Positions 60,459-64,000 of a stretch of DNA of 64,000 bases are shown here, piece by piece. Both the position numbers and the translations under genes were made by a program. Where the stretch lies: NCBI GenBank assembly GCA_049510745.1, contig JBEKYR010000011.1:1-64000 (forward strand), written 5' to 3'. The notes below the pieces were generated by a model that did not search any database, was not told where the DNA came from, and worked only from the letters and a program-made list of their open reading frames with translations. The DNA is from Verrucomicrobiota bacterium (GTDB lineage: Bacteria > Verrucomicrobiota > Verrucomicrobiia > Limisphaerales > Palsa-1400). Position 1 is the first letter of the stretch, and each line of letters opens with the position of its first letter.

Positions 60459-62116
60459 GGGCCGTCCTTCCTTATGCCTTGGGCCAGCGGGATTATCACG
60501 GTAAATCGCGCGCCCCGGCCCGGCCCCTCGCTCTGCGCCTCGATCGAGCCGCCCAGTTCCCGCGCCGCCAGGGCGCTGCTGTGCAGGCCGAAACCGTGGC
60601 CGTCCTTTTTGGTGGTGAAACCGCGGTCGAAAATGCGGGACAGGTTTTCGGCGGAGATGCCGGCGCCGTTGTCCTGCACCTCCACGCGCACATGGCCCTC
60701 CGGCAGCAACTCGGAGCGCACGGCGATTTGTCTGTTTTTGGACTCCACCTCCGCCACCGCATCGCGCGCGTTGCCCAGGAGGTTGACCAGGATGAGCATG
60801 AGTTTGCGCCGGTCCACGAGGAGGGAAAAGTCGATGGTGTAATCGCGCCGGATGCGGATGCCGAGCCGGTCGGCGCCGGCGATGGCAATGGCTACGGAGT
60901 CGTCGATCAAGGCGGAGATGGAGACCGATTCGGCGCGGCCCGCGGGGCCGGTGAGGAACTGCTGGCGGCTGACGACGTCTTTAATATGGTTGACGGAAAC
61001 GGTGAGGCGGCGCAGTTCCCGGAGCAGGAGGGCCTGTTCGTCGCTCCAATACCGGGCCAGGGTTTCCAGATAGCCCGGCAGCTTTTGGCCGCGGGGATCG
61101 GTCGCCACGAATTGGGCCAGATCGTCCGCATGGGAGCGGACCAATTCGGCCACCTGGATCAGGGCGGAGAGGCGGGAATGGGTGACGCGCTCGATGGCCG
61201 TCAGTGCGGAGACGTTGACGTTGTTGAGGACGTTGCCGACGTTATGCAGCACGTTGCTGGCCACCTCTTCCATGCCGGCCAGCCTGGCGGCATTGACCAA
61301 CTGAAGGTTCAAGGCGGCGTTGAGCGCCTCTTCGCGCCTGGCCCGGGTGATGTCGCGGGTGAAACAGCGGGCATGGACCAGCGTGCCGTCGCGGCGCAGA
61401 GCGTCGAGGGAAATGAGCACCTCCACCACCGAGCCGTTCTTGCACAGGAGTTGGGATTCAAAGGTGGGGACCGTTTCGCCCCGGGCCAGTTGTTCGAGGG
61501 CGGCGCGCAGTAGTTGGGGGTTCTGGTGGAATTGGGCGGCCGGCCGCCCCAAATACTCCTCGCGCGCGTAGCCGGTCAGGTCCAATTCCGCCTGGTTGAC
61601 CCGGAGGATGAGGCCATCCGGCCCGGCCCAGTGCAGGCCGATGGGGGCGTGTTCGAAGAAGTCGGCCAGGTCGTGTTCATTCTGGCGGAGTTGTTCCAGG
61701 GCGGTCTGGCGCAGTTGGCGTTCGCGCCGCTGGGCCAGCGCGCGCAAGACGGCGGGCCGCAGGCGCGGCAGGTGCTCCTTGGACACGCAATCGGTCGCGC
61801 CGCGTTTCAAACAGTCCACCGCCAGTTCCTCTCCCATGGTCGCGGAAACAAAGATAAAGGGGGTTTCCGGCGCCTGGCGGAAGCTCCACTCCAACGCTTC
61901 CCCGCCGCTGAAGGAGGGGAGGTTCCAGTCGGCCAGGATGAGGTCGAACTCCCGGGTTTGCAGGGCTTGTTGGAAATCGTCCCGGTTCTGCGCCAGCACG
62001 ATCTCGGCGTTGAAAATTCCGTTGCGCAACTCGTTTTGGATAAGCTCGGCGTCGCGGGCGCTGTCTTCCAGGTGAAGCACGCGCCACGGCGCCGCCATGA
62101 CATCGTCAGATTCCAT
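60455..62116 (-). CDS. REC-PAS-histidine kinase
   Basis: LHLEDS, PAS DFFEHAPIG, VLHNVGNVLN, GFTTKKDGHGFGLH. Confidence 0.92.
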   Translation of the reverse strand: MESDDVMAAPWRVLHLEDSARDAELIQNELRNGIFNAEIVLAQNRDDFQQALQTREFDLILADWNLPSFSGGEALEWSFRQAPETPFIFVSATMGEELAVDCLKRGATDCVSKEHLPRLRPAVLRALAQRRERQLRQTALEQLRQNEHDLADFFEHAPIGLHWAGPDGLILRVNQAELDLTGYAREEYLGRPAAQFHQNPQLLRAALEQLARGETVPTFESQLLCKNGSVVEVLISLDALRRDGTLVHARCFTRDITRARREEALNAALNLQLVNAARLAGMEEVASNVLHNVGNVLNNVNVSALTAIERVTHSRLSALIQVAELVRSHADDLAQFVATDPRGQKLPGYLETLARYWSDEQALLLRELRRLTVSVNHIKDVVSRQQFLTGPAGRAESVSISALIDDSVAIAIAGADRLGIRIRRDYTIDFSLLVDRRKLMLILVNLLGNARDAVAEVESKNRQIAVRSELLPEGHVRVEVQDNGAGISAENLSRIFDRGFTTKKDGHGFGLHSSALAARELGGSIEAQSEGPGRGARFTVIIPLAQGIRKDGP

Positions 62117-62185
62117 TGCCGACTTGAATTCGGCAAGAAAACGCGCCCGGTTTCAAGGCAAATCAAAAAAAAAGGCGGCGCCCGC

Positions 62186-62212
62186 TAAAGTCCTGGCCGG
62201 GGCTGCCGATAG
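62186..62212 (+). promoter_or_regulatory. Sigma28 (FliA) promoter of flagellin 1
   Basis: TAAA-N15-GCCGATAG. Confidence 0.9.
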
Positions 62213-62217
62213 GTCAG

Positions 62218-62361
62218 TTGTCGAAAGACAATGGCGTTTTGGCGGCCACAAAAGGCCAAACGGGAAACCGGCGAATGCCCGCGCGAAAATTCGCCAACAC
62301 GACACGGATGTTGTGTGCAAACTCCCCGCAAGGGGGTGACTCAAGGAAAGAGTTTAAGCAT
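62218..62361 (+). promoter_or_regulatory. Structured 5' leader with two GGA-loop hairpins (CsrA-type sites)
   Basis: acacgaca-cgga-tgttgtgt (62297-62316), actc-aaggaaa-gagt over the RBS, further covarying stems. Confidence 0.7.
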
Positions 62362-63180
62362 ATGGTCATTAATACAAATATGGCGGCCATTACGTCCGCC
62401 AGTAACCTCAATAAATCAACCGACGAACTGAACAACGCGTTGGCTCAACTCTCATCCGGCTCAAAAATTACGAGCCCCGCCGATAACCCGGCCGGTTTGG
62501 CCGAGTCCATCGGTTTGAATGCGCAAATCGGCCAGACCAACGCCGCCAACTCCAACGTCAGCAACGCCATCTCCTTCAGCCAGACCCAGGATGGGTATCT
62601 GCAACAGGTGGGGGCCGCGCTGGATCAGATGAGCACACTGGCGGTCGAGGCGCAGGACCCGACCAAGAGCACCGAACAGTTAGCCGACTACAACCAGGAG
62701 TTCACGGCCCTGGCGAACTACATCACCAACACGGCGAGCGCCAGCTTCAATGGCGTCAGCTTGTTTGCCGGCACCGACGGCACGGCCAGCGGTCTGACGA
62801 TCACGACCAATGGCAACGGCGGCACGTTCCAGATGACGGCCGTCAACCTGGGCGCCTCGGCTTACACCACCGCGACAGCCTCGAATATCTCGAGCACGAC
62901 GGCAGCGGCTACGGCGCTGACCAACGTCACAGCCGCCATCAGCGCGCTGGCCACGGATCGCGCCAATGTCGGCGCGAACGAAGAAACGTTGACCTATACA
63001 GGCGACGAATTGGGCGTGCTCGCGGACAACCTGACCGCCGCCAACAGCAACCTCACGGATGTGGACGTGGCGACGGAGAGCACCAAGTACGCCGAATACC
63101 AAATCCTCGTGCAGTCCGGCACGTCGATGTTGGCCCAGGCCAACCAGAATCCTCAGTCCGTGCTCAAACTCCTGCAATAA
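62362..63180 (+). CDS. fliC: Flagellin (short, 272 aa)
   Basis: MVINTN, LSSGSKI, QTQDGYL, FNG, DVDVATE, MLAQANQNPQSVLKLLQ. Confidence 0.95.
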   Translation: MVINTNMAAITSASNLNKSTDELNNALAQLSSGSKITSPADNPAGLAESIGLNAQIGQTNAANSNVSNAISFSQTQDGYLQQVGAALDQMSTLAVEAQDPTKSTEQLADYNQEFTALANYITNTASASFNGVSLFAGTDGTASGLTITTNGNGGTFQMTAVNLGASAYTTATASNISSTTAAATALTNVTAAISALATDRANVGANEETLTYTGDELGVLADNLTAANSNLTDVDVATESTKYAEYQILVQSGTSMLAQANQNPQSVLKLLQ

Positions 63181-63210
63181 GCAGCCGGTTTAACGATTCG
63201 GACACGCAAG

Positions 63211-63247
63211 TCGGGCGGCGATTGACGCCGCCCGATTTTCCTTTTTT
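63211..63247 (+). terminator. Rho-independent terminator
   Basis: tcgggcggcg-attga-cgccgcccga followed by ttttccttttttt-like T run. Confidence 0.85.
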
Positions 63248-63285
63248 CCCCGGCCGTTTTCCCCGGCGGAACCCTCCCTGACCGC

Positions 63286-63312
63286 TAAAGTTTTTCCCGC
63301 CGCCGTCGATAT
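63286..63312 (+). promoter_or_regulatory. Sigma28 (FliA) promoter of flagellin 2
   Basis: TAAA-N15-GTCGATAT. Confidence 0.85.
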
Positions 63313-63317
63313 TATCG

Positions 63318-63459
63318 TTGTCTAGCTAGGCACTGGCGATTGGCAGCCACAAAGAGCCAATCGGGAAACCGGCGGAAGCCCGTGTTAAAATCCGCCACAC
63401 GACAGGGATGTCGTGAAGTACAACTCCCCGAAAGGGGTGACTCAAGGAAAGAGTTAGTT
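63318..63459 (+). promoter_or_regulatory. Second copy of the structured flagellin leader
   Basis: cacgaca-ggga-tgtcgtg, cccc-gaaa-gggg, actc-aaggaaa-gagt. Confidence 0.7.
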
Positions 63460-64000
63460 ATGGTAATCAATACAAACATGGCGGCCATTACGTCCGCCAG
63501 CAACCTCGATAAGTCAACCAACGAACTGAATAACGCGTTGGCGCAGCTCTCATCCGGCTCGAAAATTACGAGCCCTGCCGATGACCCGGCCGGTTTGGCC
63601 GAGTCCATCGCTCTGGGCGCGCAAATCGGCCAGGTGAACGCCGCCAACTCCAACGTCAGCAACGCCATCTCCTTCAGCCAGACCCAGGATGGGTATCTGC
63701 AACAGGTGGGGGCCGCGCTGGATCAGATGAGCACGTTGGCCGTCGAGGCGCAAGACCCGACCAAGACCACCGCCCAGTTGTCCGACTATAACCAGGAGTT
63801 CACGGCTCTGGCGAACTACATCACCAACACGGCGAGCGCCAGCTTCAATGGCGTCAGCTTGTTCTCCGGCACCGATGGCACTGCCAGCGGTCTGACGATC
63901 ACGACCGATGGCAAGGGCGGCACGTTCCAGATGACGGCCGTCAACCTGGGCGCCTCGGCTTACACCACGGCGACAAACTCGAGTATCTCGAGCACGACGG
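63460..64000 (+). CDS. fliC: Flagellin paralog 2 (runs off the window end)
   Basis: Near-identical to 62362-62902; absent from the ORF track because there is no stop in the window. Confidence 0.93.
   Translation, partial: MVINTNMAAITSASNLDKSTNELNNALAQLSSGSKITSPADDPAGLAESIALGAQIGQVNAANSNVSNAISFSQTQDGYLQQVGAALDQMSTLAVEAQDPTKTTAQLSDYNQEFTALANYITNTASASFNGVSLFSGTDGTASGLTITTDGKGGTFQMTAVNLGASAYTTATNSSISSTT

Noticed and set aside
62250..62295. Canonical c-di-GMP-I riboswitch call
   Set aside because: The GAAA-capped stem is too short and a tetraloop-receptor stem is not evident; kept only as an unclassified structured leader

Overview
A roughly 60-65% GC (judged by eye) bacterial chromosomal segment. 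The gene style suggests Verrucomicrobiota (Limisphaerales/Pedosphaera-like); this is an inference. The backbone is housekeeping and catabolic: mdh, purE, dsbD, lemA plus an M48 protease, GTP-dependent pck, rhaA-rhaT-rhaB, a NtrC-type regulator, a PilC/GspF protein, glgC, folP, nagZ/ampG, a thrC-like/sulfur-carrier/NIL cluster, HU, a 7-heme cytochrome c, hisS, hybrid two-component genes and two tandem flagellins with sigma28 promoters. Accessory material includes a complete IS1634-type element (27221-29326; 27-bp perfect IRs, 6-bp target duplication) that splits a sensor kinase and carries a divergent DUF6788-like gene. There is also an IS4 remnant, an AAA_21 plus DUF4276-like pair, two toxin-antitoxin pairs, two lower-GC islands (about 36-39 kb and 52.6-56.1 kb) and several families of palindromic intergenic repeats. 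No rRNA, intact tRNA or CRISPR array was seen. The best candidates for undescribed biology are (1) a covarying, multi-stem 5' leader duplicated ahead of both flagellins, (2) the two-gene IS with a central operator-like palindrome, (3) modular, nested palindromic elements built from 9-mers that sit at accessory-gene boundaries, and (4) the ThrC-like/sulfur-carrier/NIL cluster. All family names come from motif recognition by eye; no searches were run.
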